NCBI GenBank assembly: GCA_034780895.1
Contig: JAUZTB010000127.1
Coordinates: 41,312,503-41,376,502, forward strand
Reading direction: 5' to 3'
DNA length: 64,000 bases
DNA from: Rhynchobatus australiae
Lineage: Eukaryota
Below, in pieces: positions 63,501 to 64,000 of this stretch. How positions within the stretch are numbered: the stretch's first letter is position 1; every line of letters begins with the position of its first letter. Under the pieces are notes generated by a model that was not told the DNA's origin, searched no databases, and was given only the letters and a program-made list of their open reading frames with translations. The translations under genes and the position numbers were made by a program.

Positions 63501-64000
63501 AAGCCTTCAGCTTCCCATGACGCAGTTTAGCAGATCTTGAGGATAGAATGGATATTTTGAATTCCTCCTTTGAATCTGAATCTAGTGTGTATCAAAATGT
63601 TGCTCTAAGCATAGGCTGAATTGATTCCAAAAAGTTTTCCCAAAGCCTTCGAATTGGCACTTGTACTGAGTGTAATAATTCTTAAAAAGAAGTAAAAGTA
63701 GCTGATTACATCATGCTTTGAAAGCAGCTGAAAAGCTCACTGATGTGAATATATCCAATAAGTGTAAANNNCTGAGGCATTAGCCAATAGATAACCTGAA
63801 TAATTATAGTAAAACCAAAATATGTGGACAAGAAAACCTTTTCAAAACCTCTCCCATTGAGTTTCTCATCTCATTGGAGACCTGTCACTGCATATCTCTT
63901 CTCAGTAACAAACTGCTCAGCTTATACCTGCCGTGGGAACATCAGCAGTTAGTTCCATGAGCAACTCTAAAGATTACCATTTTCAGGACCTGGGTGCCAA

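Noticed and set aside
1-64000. CRISPR arrays, operons or prokaryotic defence systems
   Set aside because: No regularly spaced repeat-spacer arrays or gene-dense ORFs; the sequence is vertebrate intronic DNA.
1-64000. Additional SDK1 or MAD1L1 exons
   Set aside because: Looked by eye for the adjacent expected peptides (FINGINQGYK, LSFTEILDT, MQLLETEFS, TKVLHM) and did not find them; they may be outside the window, in gaps, or missed.

Overview
Eukaryotic, repeat-dense, gappy genomic DNA, most likely from a cartilaginous fish (shark or ray), inferred from the CR1/HER1-type LINEs, V-SINE/HE1-like and Deu-SINE-like elements. Almost all ORF-track entries are spurious or decayed transposon pieces. 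Two host exons are recognisable, only about 3.3 kb apart on opposite strands: a 196-nt fibronectin-III exon of Sidekick-1 (SDK1, + strand, 31457-31652) and the penultimate coding exon of MAD1L1 (- strand, 34933-35123; middle masked by N; expected AG acceptor reads GG). The rest is intron-like sequence with CR1, L2, RTE and Rex1/Babar LINE remnants, SINEs, an IR/DR Tc1 element, a Tigger-like MITE and several repeat-free blocks that may be conserved non-coding elements. A recurrent short repeat (about 10 copies), tied to Penelope-like GIY-YIG remnants, carries a minimal type-I hammerhead ribozyme motif (CUGAUGA-stem II-GAAA-short stem III). One copy is interrupted by a sibling insertion whose 15-bp target duplication spans the predicted cleavage site. 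All family assignments are from recalled motifs, with no database searches. Repeat boundaries are approximate.
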